DNA from: Catajapyx aquilonaris
Lineage: Eukaryota
Length of the DNA: 64,000 nt
Direction of reading: 5' to 3'
NCBI GenBank assembly: GCA_000934665.2
Contig: KZ538395.1
Coordinates: 1-64,000, forward strand
Made by a program: the position numbers and the translations under genes. Under the pieces are notes generated by a model. It was not told where the DNA came from, did no database searches, and worked only from the letters and a program-made list of their open reading frames with translations. Below, in pieces: positions 12,301-26,899 of the stretch (positions are counted from its first letter, which is position 1; every line of letters starts with the position of its first letter).

Positions 12301-15300
12301 CTGATGGAGCCAGGGACTTGGACTAGTTCCTCCCGTGCTCTGTAATTTGTAACAGAGCGTCTCTCTCTGTACCTACCGTTCCCTTTTTTGTGAGTGTGTG
12401 TCAACACACATTCTGCCAACCTCGATTCTTCGATGGATACAGTACAATCCGCCAGGGATTGCTGATTAACGTGGTTTTGGCGAATATCTGCACAAAAGAG
12501 ACAGAATTAAAAGGAAAATTAATCAGCGGTGTAGATGCCAACTAATAATTCATAACGCAGGCTTGGGAAAGTTTCAATAGGCCAACAGCGCCCTGATGAA
12601 GTTAGCTCTTGCTTTATTCATCCGGATCTGGATACTATAGTTTCCGGAGCGCAGAAGAGAGAGAGAGAGGGGGGGGGGGGGNTGAAATGGGGTTATATGC
12701 ATTTCCTAGGGCGGATATATTTTCTTCAGCCAAGGGATACACCCCTCTCAGATGCGGAGGGGGCAGAGCTGAGCTGAGCTAATTGGACCTGCGATTAGCT
12801 GTATTGTTTTCGTTTTTTGAAGGCTGGCTGCCTCGGGGATGAACCTGTCTCTCTGCTTCTCTTTTTTTTATATATATTTTTCCTCTCTTTTTTTTCTCTC
12901 TGAAGCTTCCATCCTCTTGGAATGGCTTGGTAATTCCGGATGGAGGATGAGATAGGATAGCTGCGCCTACCTTCTTTCTTAGTCCGACATCAATCATAGC
13001 ACTTGGCTTTATCCTCCCCACCCTCATCCTACTACATACCTCGGGTACCTCAATTCATCACGGAGGGATGACGTCAGTGGGTTGGAAATTTGGTTATGTA
13101 TTGGGAGTTTGCACACCTCTGGCAATGTCCATGTATAATGCAAGTGAGGGGGGTATAGGGGTGGGGGAAGCCGTGGACTTTGCAGCTGCCTGAATCGTAT
13201 CGTATGCAAAGTTGAAGGCGGTTTTCATGTGTTGAGTTTTCACTCGGAGGCAGGTAGGCGCGGGCGGCCTTATTTATTCTTCTCCTAGGAATACGTTTCG
13301 CCGCATCCGACCTCCCGAGAAGTTGAATGTTACATCAGTTTAGTAACTCAGACGTTTGGATCATGTTTGCACCGAATTTCCGGGGGTAATGTGATGGAGT
13401 TTGGTCCGCATTAACTTCAACGGGGGATCTCCCTCTCTCCCATTGAATAGTGAGTGATATATGGATAGGATGGGAGGGGGGGAAGGTATAGAGAGGCAAC
13501 ATGGGAAACCGACATGACCCTGTTTCTGCGGGTGGATAAAAAGTTGACAAAAAGTTAAACATGCAAATATGTGGGAGGGCATTGAATATACCACAGGCTA
13601 GGCTACAGCCTGATCGAAATTTCAGATTGGATTCAGCTCATTTGGCTACCGATTAGTTGGGAATTTACCACATTTACAATTGGATATGGGCCATCCCTCC
13701 ATTCTATATGTAGTGCGATGGGCACAATGCGCAATCACTCAATCTCTAAAACTCTGTTCCGGGGGACCCAACGAGCTTAGCGAAAATTTCCTGACGGCTT
13801 CAGGCAGCGAAAGGGAATTATTTTCCGTTTTTGTGGAGTTGAATGTTGTGGCAGAGCGGTCCCCACCTCCAGGCTGGAATTGTCCCTGCCAATTATGATC
13901 AGCCGCGTAAACATGTTATTAGACGGAAACCTAATTTTTTTTTTCTATCTTTCCCCCAATGCCGTCTTTCTGTATGGCAATTTCCATGGTTGGAAAATCC
14001 TTTCCCCGTCTCCTGTGCCAAAAATACCTTGTCAGAATGTCCTGTCCTCTCACACATTTTTTTTAAAAAAACCTCCTCGTGCTGCTATTTCCCGGAGGAG
14101 GTAGGAGGGTGTGTGTGTGTGCCTGGCTGTGCAGCAGCTTGCTGCGAATTGGATTGAGCCTTCCTTCGTTATCGAACCTTCCGGTTTGGCCCCTGTCAGC
14201 CCCCCCATCCTCTTTTGTTAATCCTCTGCAAACGCTTTTTCTGGCCGGACAAATCTTGTCAGCACCAACGGGCGGAAAAGGCGACACTTGGTTTTTTTCA
14301 ATAAAAATGAAGCAACTATCTCGGCGGTATGGCCTGTCTACTTGGCTCGTGCCATTGAATTTAAAAGGGAGGGATGACTGGGGGGGGGGGGNGGGGGGGG
14401 ACTATATGGTATATAGTTGGTGGAAAGCGGGGGAGATTGAGGGAGAAATGTGCGGGGCAAGGGGGGAGGGGGACTGGCGAAATGAAAGGAGAATTGGGAT
14501 GGAAATGGAATGGAATATTAAATTGACAACGGGCTGCGCTGTGAAACGATAACTTGCGTCCACCTCCGTCAAACTTCACGGAAGAACGCATTATCGGCAC
14601 TTTCCACTGCGGGAATTCGATTTCGTCGCACTTAAGCACATAATTAGACAAACAGAATGACATGGTGTAGGCTCACCTTTCCGAATGCTAATGGCAAAGT
14701 ACGGGGGTCTGTGTAGCGGGCAAAATAATTTCACAAATGGAAAAGAGTCTGCCTGGCACGACTTGGGTAACGCGAGTTAGTGTATGAGACACTCTGACGA
14801 GGGATTTGCTCAAGTAAAGGCTCCGGCATTACAAAACACTGGGCGTAAATCCCCCCTCTTGAATTTGCAGCCGGGGTGGTAACCTGCAGGAAAAAGGATA
14901 TAGTGTCAGGTATCCTAGCTCTGTTATTTCGCATCTGGAGGTAAATTCCTGCGCACCGTAGTATCGGATGTGGAAGTGTCCTCAGCCTCGTTTCTAAGAT
15001 AATTAGCATCAATCAACTGTCGCGGGTACAGCCTACCACCTTCTATAGCTTATATGCGATCGCAGTTTAAATTCAGACTTAACTGTTATTCGCTGTACAT
15101 TTTAAGCGTGAAGGGACGCATACCTTTCAGGATATGCCTTGTGTTCAAAGCAAGGTCCATTCTGATGCCTATATAACGAGGATATGAAGATCAAGTGACA
15201 CGTAAGCGATCCTTTGGGGCCTCATTATGAAGCACTCCAACTGGCCTATCGATAACATATTGTTGAAATATCCCTGTGGAAGATCAGGTGCTAGGTAAGT

Positions 15301-18300
15301 GTATGTTGGCGACGGAAATAGCCCATTTTGAAAGCGACGAGGACAGATACTGGCGTGAGAACCACCTTGAGTGTGGGAGGGCTGTCTATTTTTTTTCTTC
15401 CGGGATACAATGAATGTCTCTTATATGTGATGACAAAAATATCGCACAATAGCTTATCTTGGGATAGTGCGTGGTATACGGTCACGTATTTCATAGTCTA
15501 ACAATAGGCTGTGGTCCGAACCGATTAATAATGATGCTTATTTTTATACCGGACACGTATTGATAGAGTTGTTATTTGTTGTGGTGCACTGCCCTTAAGT
15601 AAACCTGGAAGAACCCCGGAATAGAAGAATGGAACCTTATTGTTGCTTCCAAACTGGTTGCTCGGGTAAACAGTGCAGAACCTTTTCTCCATTCTCATCT
15701 AGAACTGTGGACTTTGGCAGAGACCACCTTGCAGAGTAGATACCATGTATAATTAAGTTTAAAGTGCATGCACTGCAGCAAACGCTCGTATACTTAAAAT
15801 ATTAGGAAGTTGTCCATGATATTACAGTACCGGTAGTCAATATTTATGCTTTTGCAGCTACCCTCAGCTCTCAGGGTATCGAGTTTGGAATATCAAATTT
15901 TCAGTTTAACGTTCACGAAAGTGAAGAACATAGGGTGCTGCATGATTTTATGATCTCCCAACAACGGGTAACCAGGGGCATCGCAAGGAGGGGAGATTCT
16001 ATTTATACAGATGCGCTCCAGTTCCCATAATAGTGCGCATACATTATCTTATGGAATAATAACAGTTTCCTCTGCATACACAGTATACAACAACATTAAA
16101 TGGTAATATTTTGGAGCTGTACAGCGAACAACCTGCACGGTGCAAAAATGGACCCAACTTGGTTTAGAGGCAGAAATTTTTATTGCCAACCTGTTTCATC
16201 CGTTATTGCGGTGATGCTGCTATTTGAATTTGATATTTTTTTAAAAAAATCGCATTTAATGCTTATTATTTGGTCTAGTTCAATGTGACCAGGATTTTTG
16301 GGGGGAGGAGACTCTTCAATCACTTGCCATATTCTGGGTTCCTCCAACCTTATTGGGCAGTACATATAACGCGGACAGGAGTTGACTTGGCAGTCAATTA
16401 GCTTCTGCAGCTACATCATCCAAGCTGCGTCCAGGTAGAATCAAGAGACTCTTCCCTATATATAAACCCCTTCCCCCTACCCTATCCCTGGGTATCACCC
16501 AGGCACTTTACGGCTTAGAGATCGATCCGGCATTTTCAGACAAGAGAAGGCCCGGAGACGGATTTTGGAGGGGGACCTTCTGCTGCTGCTGCTGCTCTCT
16601 GATCCCAATTCCTACATAAGTCCTATAGAGAGTGGTCAGCGTGTGACTCGGGGGGCCGGAGAAAATGTCCGGAGGTTTCTGATGAACAGGTCGTTGTAGC
16701 ACCGGTGACAAGCTAATTACGGTCCATTTTTGGGGAGATTGTGTGGACCTCCGGGTTGGGTCTCGAGAGACTGACGACGACAGATTGAGCCGGGAGAGAA
16801 AAGGTCGGCGCCCCCTTCTCTCTCGGCTGGTTCCTTAAAGGTTGGGTGACTTTGCTGCTGGGGTGTGTGGGGAGAGGGGGAGGGTACAAGAAGGGAAATT
16901 GAATTTTATTTCTAATTTTGACGCCGAGGCCAAGTTATTACTGAGGGGTGCGCTCGGATGCTGAGCGAGCTGTCGGAGAGGAAACAGAGCTTGGGGATAG
17001 AAAAACTTGTGTGTCTCGGGCTGCTTCCTGTCGCGGGAAGAAAGGGTTCTTGCTTTCTCCGAAAGGCAGTCATTCACACACGAGATTGCTGATTCGTTTA
17101 TGTCCTGGGCAAGGACACACCTGATTATTGCCTAGGTGCCCTCCGGTAATGAAATCACTCGACTCGACGCCTCTCCTTTTTTTTCCTCAGACACCTTTGT
17201 TCAATTTGATACGCAACACTGCCTTTCTTAGGTGCGTGTTTGTCAGGTTTGTGCGCAGAAAAATTGCTTGTATATTCGGTGTCAGAGTCATAAAAGCTCA
17301 CTTACCAAACACACATAGTGCTGTTTCTTAGGTGTTGCAAATCCCTGACCAAGCGTTGATAAGAGCATTATCCCGAGAACAATAAGACGCATTAAGCAAC
17401 GTCATACAATATGCTGCGCGGTTATGTAAGGTGATGATAATGCCCTGTGCCAGTGTTCTAGACGAGCTGCCTCTGCTATCACTGTCTCAGGAATTGCAAG
17501 TGATTACCGCCATGCTCTCTCTTGAAGACGTTACTAATGTATGGCGTTTTGTCACGAGCTGGTCTAATTTGCGAGATGACTTGGTGCATTATACCTGGAA
17601 GTCATCAAGTTCATAATTCGTAGGTGTTTGCTCGGTACGTTTTGAATTGGTAATTAAATTCTGGGACCTTATTTATCGTACGTGAAGCCATCACGGCCAG
17701 TACAGACACACTATTAAATTTTTTTAACGAGTACCTGAAGTTTGCTAATGTACAAAATGTACAGTTATTTTGCCTGTCGAAAGCGAAGTGCGGTGGAAAA
17801 TTAGTTTGAAAATATATACATTCATTACATCTGATAATTAGGTATGGCGCATTACGATTCGCAGTTTAATAATGCCAATGAAACAATATTGTTGGCTTTA
17901 TTTTGGTATAAAATTATCAACACGTGATAATTGGAATATTTTGATGCAGTAACGAAGAGCATATTGGTTATAATATTTCATGCGGGTATATTGCTGTTCA
18001 AAATCCGTCATAATATCGCTGTGTAAATTTTGATAATCAACAATGGCTCACCCTGCACACCAAGTAAAAATAGTGCCACTGATCATTAATTACATTCGCA
18101 TGCAGGTTTCTGTAAATGAGAAGCTAATCACATTTATACCATTTGGACTTAATTATAGGGGGTCGAGATTATTATGGCCACATGGTATTTGTTAAAAATA
18201 AATTGGATAAAGTTTGTCGTTAGCTCGTATGATTTTTTTTCACCTGACCTTGGTTTTTCGTTATAATTATAATGTGCCAACCTTTATGAAATTTATCCTC

Positions 18301-18361
18301 AAATATGTATGATTTCCGTTCGTTTTTTCACATTGAATTACATTTCCCCCCCCCCCCCCCC

Positions 18362-18375
18362 NNNNNNNNNNNNNN
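18362..18375. other. Assembly gap (14 N) after a poly-C run
   Basis: Run of N directly visible. Confidence 1.
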
Positions 18376-19314
18376 CACCCCCTCCCTGACTATAGACATG
18401 GCGGAACACTTCCAACTTTGAAAACTTCAGGCCACCGTGGTTGTTGGCGCGACATAATTATGTACTAACAGTGTTAAGACTAATTTATTACGCGTGCGAT
18501 GCTTGGTTGGGGCTAGAGTGCTGTTTATTTGCGTTTGGGAGCGCAGCTGTTGCTAAAGTGCAGGGGCTGATGCCTTTATTTGAGATGCAGGTCCCAGCCT
18601 CGTGATTTTCCTCGGACAAAGAGAATAAGAGAACGGGTGACAGAAGAGAGGCACGAGGCGTAAATCTTGCGCGTAGTTTGTCTCCGAGCCGTGCTAAGGA
18701 GGTTTAAGGGCGACGAGAGTGACAAGGAAGGCAGCATCAGGTGATAAAATATTTCTTTGATTTCGACTCCTTCACGACTTTGCTCCGTTCAGTCTGCTAA
18801 ATATTGCACGAGCCCAGAGATATAACAAGTGGGACAGAGAGTTTGCCTTGCTATACTTCTCTCACATACATACACACACACAAAGAGGCTGACGTTTCCT
18901 CCCAAAGTTCATCCCTTGCTCAACCAGGTCCAGGAAATGTGCCTGGGTTCATCTCTGAATTATATACCATCCATGTCCTCAAGGGACGGCCGACACAAAA
19001 ATAATAAAAATAAAAAAGGAACAAAGGGAGAAAATTTTTCCTGTCTGTCTGCCTGGCATTTCTCGTGTTAATTTGGAGCGGGTCTTCTCTAGAGACCTGC
19101 TTGTAGCCAATGGCTCTTGTACTTGACGAGATGATGGCTCAGATGGATGGATTGCCTGGATGGAGGGATTGAGTCGGAAAAGTTTGTTTTTTTGCGCATC
19201 ACTTTTTTTTTTGTGCCCCTTATATACCCAAGGAAGAAAGCCACGAAAGGAAATGAAAGGTGGTGTTTGTACAGATCTATAGAGGTTATAAGCAGATAAT
19301 GTGTTTTCGTACTC

Positions 19315-19352
19315 GTTGACCTTATTGTTCTTCTTCTTTTCCGCAGGTAAGA
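19315..19352 (+). other. Candidate recursive splice site (ratchet point) 1, AG|GT at 19346/19347
   Basis: GTTGAC branch-like motif (A at 19319), then CTTATTGTTCTTCTTCTTTTCCGCAG|GTAAGA. No other AG for about 50 nt upstream. Downstream donor GAC|GTATGT at 19391. Confidence 0.7.
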
Positions 19353-22276
19353 TGGCCTTCTGCGAGAAGTGGTGCTGCTAACACAGTGACGTATGTCATG
19401 TCAACTTTCAAGAGAGTCCAATCTTGGTAAATGGCGCTTTTGTTCCCCTCGTCTTGCTTTGTTGATGTCGGTACCTCTAAAATGCGCACTTGGAACCGAG
19501 TGGTTTTTGGTTCAATATGTTTGGGATGGACTGCATTAATGGCCAAGTGAATCAAGTTCGCTGAATTAGGCCCTATACTCATATTCTACAGTACGCCAGC
19601 ACGGAAAGATACCTGTTATCTGATAGTTGACTTTTGCACATTAGTTAACCACACAGTGCTTGCATTTACAAGGTACCGGCATGACTTGTCGCATGACCCG
19701 TGTGTATATATGAAAGGCTGTCGGTGTGACGTACGGGTATTGTACACAGCTATTGATCAAATTTTTTGGTGCTGGCAAACGGATAAAATAATGATCACTG
19801 TCACGTGAGGCAGCGGGGGCGGACATGTCATGAAGAGTATGTATAGCGGTACCCCATGACAAGCAGAGCCTCGGACAAAAAAAAAGAGAAGAGAGAGTCC
19901 GACATCTGTGTGGCCGTCCGTGTCACGCAAATGCGAAGGACACACGATATATTGACACGGAAAGACATGGAACAACGGGCGCAAGGAAACCCACAGCCGT
20001 AATTTGAGGTAAAAATACATTTTGTTGACAAACCGTGAAGTTTAGCTTCAATATATCGGTCAAACATTGTCTTACACACCTGCTTTTTTGGGGGGGAGGT
20101 ATAGGCGACACACACGAAACGAATCGAATTTTCGTGCTGGTCCAAACCGGGTGCCTCCGTTCACATGGTGTGATATGTTTATATGCGTGAAGTAGTATAA
20201 TTGCTGCTGGTTTTCTGTCAGTCACTGGTTCGCGTTCTGGGAGAAAGTACACGAAGCCATACCCACCGCACTAAAAAGTGATCAACCGCACCAGTCGGCT
20301 CCACTGTATATGTGAGCAGAAAGGCAAGTAATTTTACTGTTGTGCCACCGCCATTTTTCGCCACAGTTATTACCTTCGTCGCATGCACAGTAGCCTACAG
20401 TGTGTTTCTTTAATGTTGATTTTTTTGGCGGGTGTGTTCATTGACTGGCTATGTGCTGATGGTTGCCTATATATACGCCAAGAAGAAATGAGCCTTCCTT
20501 TTTAATGCATCGCAGGCTAATAAGCGCGGTGTGACGCGGTATTTCGAGCGTAATATGGCCGCCTCTTCTTGCTCAAGGACCCAGAAATAGTGTCCGTTAT
20601 CACATGTGCAAATTTGCCGGCGACGTTTCGCGGAAATGTGGGTTTGTTGCCCAAATCCGGAGCTTTTCTCCCGGAAGCGAGACCAGCAGACCGTCCTCTC
20701 CGGATTTACTGAGAGACACGAATGGGGGAGGCCAGATATTAGAAAACCCAATATGCTGCTGGCTTGCGGATCATTATGAAAAACTTTGTCTTCGGACTCA
20801 TGCAGAAAGAATTCCAACAGAGAGAGTCCGTAAAAAAAGATAAGCGAACGATAAAGTTTGATCGTGAAGGAAGTTTCATGCCTCTTGGATTGAATTGGAT
20901 TTTTTTGTGTGAGGGTGTGTGTGTGTGTTGAGGTTTGCCCCGAGAGAGAAACAACCTCCCAAATGACTGCACGGAATTTGGAATTAGCCGCCCGTCGATC
21001 TCTTGTCGTCGTTGCGATGCTAAGTGGGATTTGTCCCTGCACAATCTCCTGTGAAGAACTCTGGGATGGAATCTTTTCATCCATGCTCGCGCACCCAAGG
21101 TCTGCCTGCCTTGCCTTGCCTTCTCCCTAGGGAAAAAGACCCGGGCCTGATTGAAGAAAGGAGTTTTAGCAATCCTACAAACACTTCTTTGTAGCCCAGG
21201 ATAAGGTAGCTCGTTTCCTTCTGCATGATTTAGCCCCACAGCTGCGGGCTAATTTATCAAGAAAGAGTCTGCTTACGTGTCACAAAAAAAAAAGTAAGTT
21301 CCGTCTCCCGGCGGCTTACAAATTGCAGCAACAGCGCCCAACTTTCATGTTTTTTTTTCATGCAGACGTCGGCAAAAAAAAATGGTCAATTGCTATCCTC
21401 TTGACAATACTGTATTGGGATTTTTACCGGCGCGGTGAGATTCAAAAGAGCCGCTGGAGGGACACGAAAAGGCATTTTTCCCTCTTTATTCAATGTGAAA
21501 TAGCGGCTTAATAATGCTGAAGTGTAACCAACTCAGTACATTGCCGATATTCTCAGTTCTATAAGGTGTTGAGAAAGGATCTCTAAATTTTACAACAGGT
21601 TGCAAATTTATAATTACTCTGCAGAATAACGGCAGCTTGCGAGACGGTACGACTGGTTTGATTCGCGTTATTAATGCCAAATTAACTGACAATTAACATG
21701 TGCAACGCGTATAATTTTGGATAATTTACAGCCATAAAATAAACATCATTCATGCTAATTAATATCATCATGTGCAAGGAATATAATGGAGAAAAGTACG
21801 AAATTTGCTGTAACTTCATTTGGATTATTGCGGTAATGTTTTTGACTCTCAACGGAACATTATAAAATGTTTTCAACGCCAACTTTTCGTTCCATTCCAG
21901 AGCTTTCATTAGTGCAACTCTGTCACTAATTACAAGGTGCACAGGCCAGATCACTAATTCAGGACCACTTAAATGTTCGATGAAACCCACGTGTGAGTGA
22001 GAGCCACAAGTCAGTCCTGCCAACATCCGCGTTCCAATATTCCTTCTTCCAAAAACCATCAGCCTCTGTGGACCCCCCCCTTTTCCCCTCATCCTTCTCT
22101 CCCTCTAATAAAATGAACTCGGCTACATGCTTGCATTATTGAAAAGTAAATTACAGGACCCTGTGACGGCTTCCAATTTGGAAGGAGAGGAGGGGGGGTC
22201 CCCCCATTCTGTGTGACTGTCATTTATTTGTGAAATAAGGAATCGGGAAGAGGCTGGAGGGAATGAGGAGGGGGGG

Positions 22277-22304
22277 NNNNNNNNNNNNNNNNNNNNNNNN
22301 NNNN
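22277..22304. other. Assembly gap (28 N) after a poly-G run
   Basis: Run of N directly visible. Confidence 1.
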
Positions 22305-25300
22305 GAGAAGAAGGCGTCCCCCCCCCCTTCCCATCCTTTGCACTAAGCAGGCCGGTAATTAAAATTAATTATCAACGATACGTTGGGAAACTCCCCCATA
22401 ATTAGTTGCATCCCGCGGTTAATGGCGGTCATCAGAGCCTTATTAAGGTGACGGAGAAGGAAGCCCATTCATTACATTCAAGGAGGAAAGAGTCTTGGAT
22501 CAGCAGCGCCTTACGACTCCAGCGGAGGTGAGAAGAAGAAAAAAAGCGACAACAATGTATAGGAGCGAAAATATCCATTTTCAAGCACATGGCTTGGAGC
22601 TATTTCTTCGTTGTTTTGAAATGTTCTGGCGTTGAGGTCGAATGTGCGGTTAAGAATTCAAGAGGCGAGTACTAGCTTGTGTGTAACGATTTGGAAATTA
22701 GGCGAAAATTGTGGCACACCGCGGTAATTAAAGTGCAATGAGGGTGTACAACGTAGAGGAGCTGCTCCTGTCTGCCTGATTGCTAATTAGTTTTGTTGCT
22801 TCCGTTTTGGGCCAATTTCAGAAATCACGAAAGGGTTGTCTGGCAGCAGGGAATACTCTACATGCATTATCCAAGACAAAACGTTACATATAGCCTCACT
22901 TTATATACGGTTAGCACTCGTGTTTAATCGCGGATAAGTTTCTGTGCAAATGATGGCACGTGTACGAAAATTTGAAAGAGTCATCGATATGTTATCAGGC
23001 TTCTTCATTGATGCCTCTAGCCGTATAAGGGCCATTCGCCTTATTCAAGAAAAGCTTGCCAATTTTATAGGTGCAATTTAGGGTCGTTGGCCAGACATTT
23101 TCTTGTCTCCCTGTGCATTCAAGTGGACCGTATTTTCTGATATGTTTACTTATATAGCCAGGGTCGTTAGTGTGAATGAACCTGACTCTCCTGGTGTGAA
23201 CGGCCCTATTATTTATCCCGTGGAATATCTCCTCATGCGTTTCTTCTAGCTATTAATGCGCGTCCGTGGCGATTTTGCAAGGTCTAGCGATGTCTTCTCT
23301 GAGCAGTATTTTTCAGCTGAAAGCGGACAAGGCGTGCGCGATACATGAAAAGCGAGAGAATGGCTAAGAAATTGGGCGGAACAGGCACCTCCGGTCTCCA
23401 ATTCAATCACGGGCTTTTTCCTCCTCCTTTTTTTTTGTTATCAGGCTATAGTCGCGCATTCCTGCTTCATTCCTAGGATTTCCGGAGAAGAATGTAGCAC
23501 CTCACGCGATCCGACATTTAGTTTTTACGAGACCCATATTCGTACTCATATCATTGATTGCTTCTGCTTAAAAAAGAGGACCCCTTGGCCTGATGATGAG
23601 TCGGCGGATTCCTGGCAACTCTTCACACTTGTCTCCATTTTTGGGGTTAGCCCCCGGGACTTTGGACTTGATCGAATTCCGCCCTTCGAATTAACCCATC
23701 CACATAAATTTCCATAAGCGAAGTAGGTTTCCGGGGGGAGAGCTCGGGTTCATTTTGTGGCCTCCTCGGGCTTTTCTCACTCGGCACCTCTCAAAAGCCC
23801 GCAGTTTGCAGGCCGCCTTTTCACTGGGTTCTGACGTGCGGATAAAATGTGAGGCATCTGGCCACCTCTGGGGAACGTCAGCTACCTTGGCCACACTGAA
23901 TTATGGCACTAGTTTGTAATAATCATCGAGTGAGGAGGCTGTGGGCCCCGGGCAGTACTCTGATAGCTTACACGTGCAGGTCAAAATATCCCACATGGAC
24001 TAATAGTTCGAGGAAAATGTCTAGAACATGAAGCAAGAACTGGAACGTGACTGTTCAGACGGTCCAGCTTCGAGAGTAGGCAACTTGACTCGATGAAGCT
24101 CCAAAGTGCGATTGATGCGAATAATTTCACAGAGTATAGGTTACGAGTTTCGTTTCGGAAAATCCATACTTTTGATTGTTGTCAACAATGGTTGCTATAT
24201 AGTGGCAATTATTGTTATAACCGAGGGAACCCGACCTCAGTTGGCAACCATAGGTTAGTTGAATTTTGATCATAGTTTCTGGGTGTCATACGGCGTGCTT
24301 GTTTTGATTTTATTTAACAAGTTAATACCGCTGACATTTTATTTATGTTTAGCCTGGCAGGTCCGAGTACCTGATGTAATAACTAAATAATTGATGACGA
24401 GCTAATCGGGACTTCTATAGGCCTTTCCGCGTTTGTTCCCGCTTGTTTGTGACCATTAGGGAGGGTTGTTCTGGGTCGGGCAAATATATTTGGATTGGCA
24501 TTTGAATGCGCAAAAATAAGTGGAAATGATCAGAAATAAGCGATATCGATTGGGCATTCCATTAATGCCCTCTTTTTTTTCTTTTTTTTTGGACGTGCTG
24601 TCATTGCATTTTACCCCCCACCCCCACCCTCACTGGGAATCCGCTGTGGCGTAAAAGCATAATCAGAGTCCGACACTAATCGCGTATCCATGACGCAGGC
24701 CTAACCTAAGTACAATCACAACACTGCAGTTGGCAATGGAAACCTCCACAAAAGCATTTCGCAACACCCAGCACAATAGCAGCTATTTCCTCCTGCCGGG
24801 CTAATAATGCATGTGCAAAAACAACGACCGCCCCCCCCACTCAATGATTTTTTTTCCCCCTCTCGACCCCACCGAAATTCCACCTGCTCAAACGAGGCGA
24901 AAAAACAATNAAAAGTCGGCGGAGTTGATGCACAGCAGACTCTCTTGTCCCGCCTCATTTGCATAGCCGATAATAATTATTGTGCCGCCTTCTCTTTCTG
25001 CCCCGCCCATTTTCCACGGGCCCCCCCCAAAAAAAATTCTGAAATTGGCGCTACAAGGGTGTTAAATAATGAAGTGCCGGTACAGCGGCGGTATAATTCA
25101 GCACTTTCTTGGAATGGGCGCGCGGTTTCTGCTTATATTCCGGTATTCAAATGAAGGGTTGTTGCCGGAATACCGAAGCATTGATAGTCCACTTAAGACC
25201 CGGACATTAATTTTCTCTCTCTGGCAGTTAAAAATTGCTGGTCCGTCTCCGGTTGCGGAAGTTGCCAGTAATGCGGTGACGTCAAAAGGTGCGATTGTTC

Positions 25301-25946
25301 GTACTGTTTTAGAATATCGTATCGGAGTCAGGCTCTTAAAAAAAACAACGGGTTATTGAGTTGGAGCAATATAAAAGGGGTATAACTATAGGTTATACCG
25401 GCATGTACTGGGTGTAAATGAGCTTTGTTCACTCTGTTGAAATAGCTCTGGATCACAATTGGTGAAATATCGCTTTCAACTGACCGTCGATTTGATTAAT
25501 ATTTGACAGAAATATAAGAATTTAATTCAGAGCTTATTCGGGTGAAAGTAAATTTTCATGCCAAAGCACGTGCCATTCAGTTAAACAGAAAAGTACTTTG
25601 AATAATGTACATATTAAGATATTAATTAAATTAAATATACTTCATGCAACTTGTGTGGCAGAATAACATATTTGCTACTTAAATTTTTGTCATTGAAGTA
25701 TTTGTGATACATGTCGTGTTTGTTACTACTGTTGTTTGCAGCTTCACTGTTCTCAATAATGAAAAAGGGCACAACTAGTTTATATGGAGTGTTGTGCAAC
25801 CAACCAGATACTATATTTGAACCGGAATTAATTTGATAGCATATAGGATGGAAGGGGGAGAATATTTGAGGCTGGTCATATAAAATGCAGTTGTATTGAT
25901 TTCTATCCTTCCACCTATCTGTACGAGTTAAAATTCGGCAGGAAAA

Positions 25947-25950
<4 letters not shown>

Positions 25951-26028
<78 letters not shown>
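25951..26028. repeat. (TA)39 microsatellite
   Basis: Perfect dinucleotide run. It explains the YIYIYI stretch in the spurious ORF 25626-26102. Confidence 0.98.
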
Positions 26029-26030
<2 letters not shown>

Positions 26031-26868
26031 AAAATGATTAATGAACTGGTTCATCGCATTAGCAGGGTGTGAAACCGCCCGTATAAAAGCATAATTCATC
26101 ATTTGTTTTTTGACAAATTGGTGCTAAAAGCCACTCCAAGGAACGACTATAAAAATAGAGCCAGGTCTAATAGTCGGGTGCAATAACAACAAATGAGTAA
26201 CTGCCTGGCAAATGTAATGTAATATTTTGAGCCCACCAAAAATGCTCCGGCTGCGTCATGTCGTAGGACATAAAATTCAATCCGACAAGTTTTTAAAGGC
26301 ACGTCGAAGGTAATAAACCGCACATTACCGGATCTACGCACTGAAGGCTTGGTTTCAGTTTTTGCTTCCGTGGGCGTGGGAGAGCGATATGAAAAGTTAT
26401 GATTAATGCTCCGCGGATTCCATTACACCACTGGTTAAATGTCAGCTACCATTATTACTTCTGGCCGATTGCAAATCCAGATTGACGTGTTTTGCACGCC
26501 TGCGGCATTAAATTGATGATATGTCCACTATTTTTCCAAAGATTGTGGGTTTTTTTCCTTGATGTAAAGGGAGTACTTTTTTGTGTGTTCCGAGGACGAC
26601 ATTTCCTAGTTTTCATGATTAACCCCGTAGTTGCATCTCTGAGTGGAAACGCGTTTTGAAGATAACATGGAGCATTCCAACTTAGAAATGTAAAACCAGC
26701 TTCAGCGTTTGAAAATTCTGTTTGATATGTATCCGGCTCGCATCTGTGAGATTACCATCCAATATTCTCTGGGCAAACTCCAGAGCAAAGCGAGTTCTTC
26801 CAGAAAAAGGAGAAAGGGGAGGAGGAAAAAAAGCCCAACAAAGATAGGGACATGAATACAGGTCCCGT

Positions 26869-26899
26869 GTTTTTATTTTTTATTTTATTTTATTTTTTT
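26869..26899. repeat. Imperfect (TTTTA)n simple repeat
   Basis: T-runs punctuated by A, directly visible. Confidence 0.7.

Noticed and set aside
15285..15300. TAG|GTAAGT as another ratchet point
   Set aside because: Strong donor but no polypyrimidine tract, and another AG lies just upstream; at most an ordinary or cryptic donor.
20467..21239. Longest ORFs (205 aa and 166 aa, minus strand)
   Set aside because: They run through simple repeats and homopolymers, show no codon bias or recognisable domain, and are of a size expected by chance.
22455..22533. Protein-like frame SPFITFKEERVLDQQRLTTPAE ending at GAG|GTGAGA
   Set aside because: No credible upstream acceptor or start codon in that frame.
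25626..26102. 158-aa ORF with a YI repeat
   Set aside because: Artefact of the (TA)39 microsatellite.
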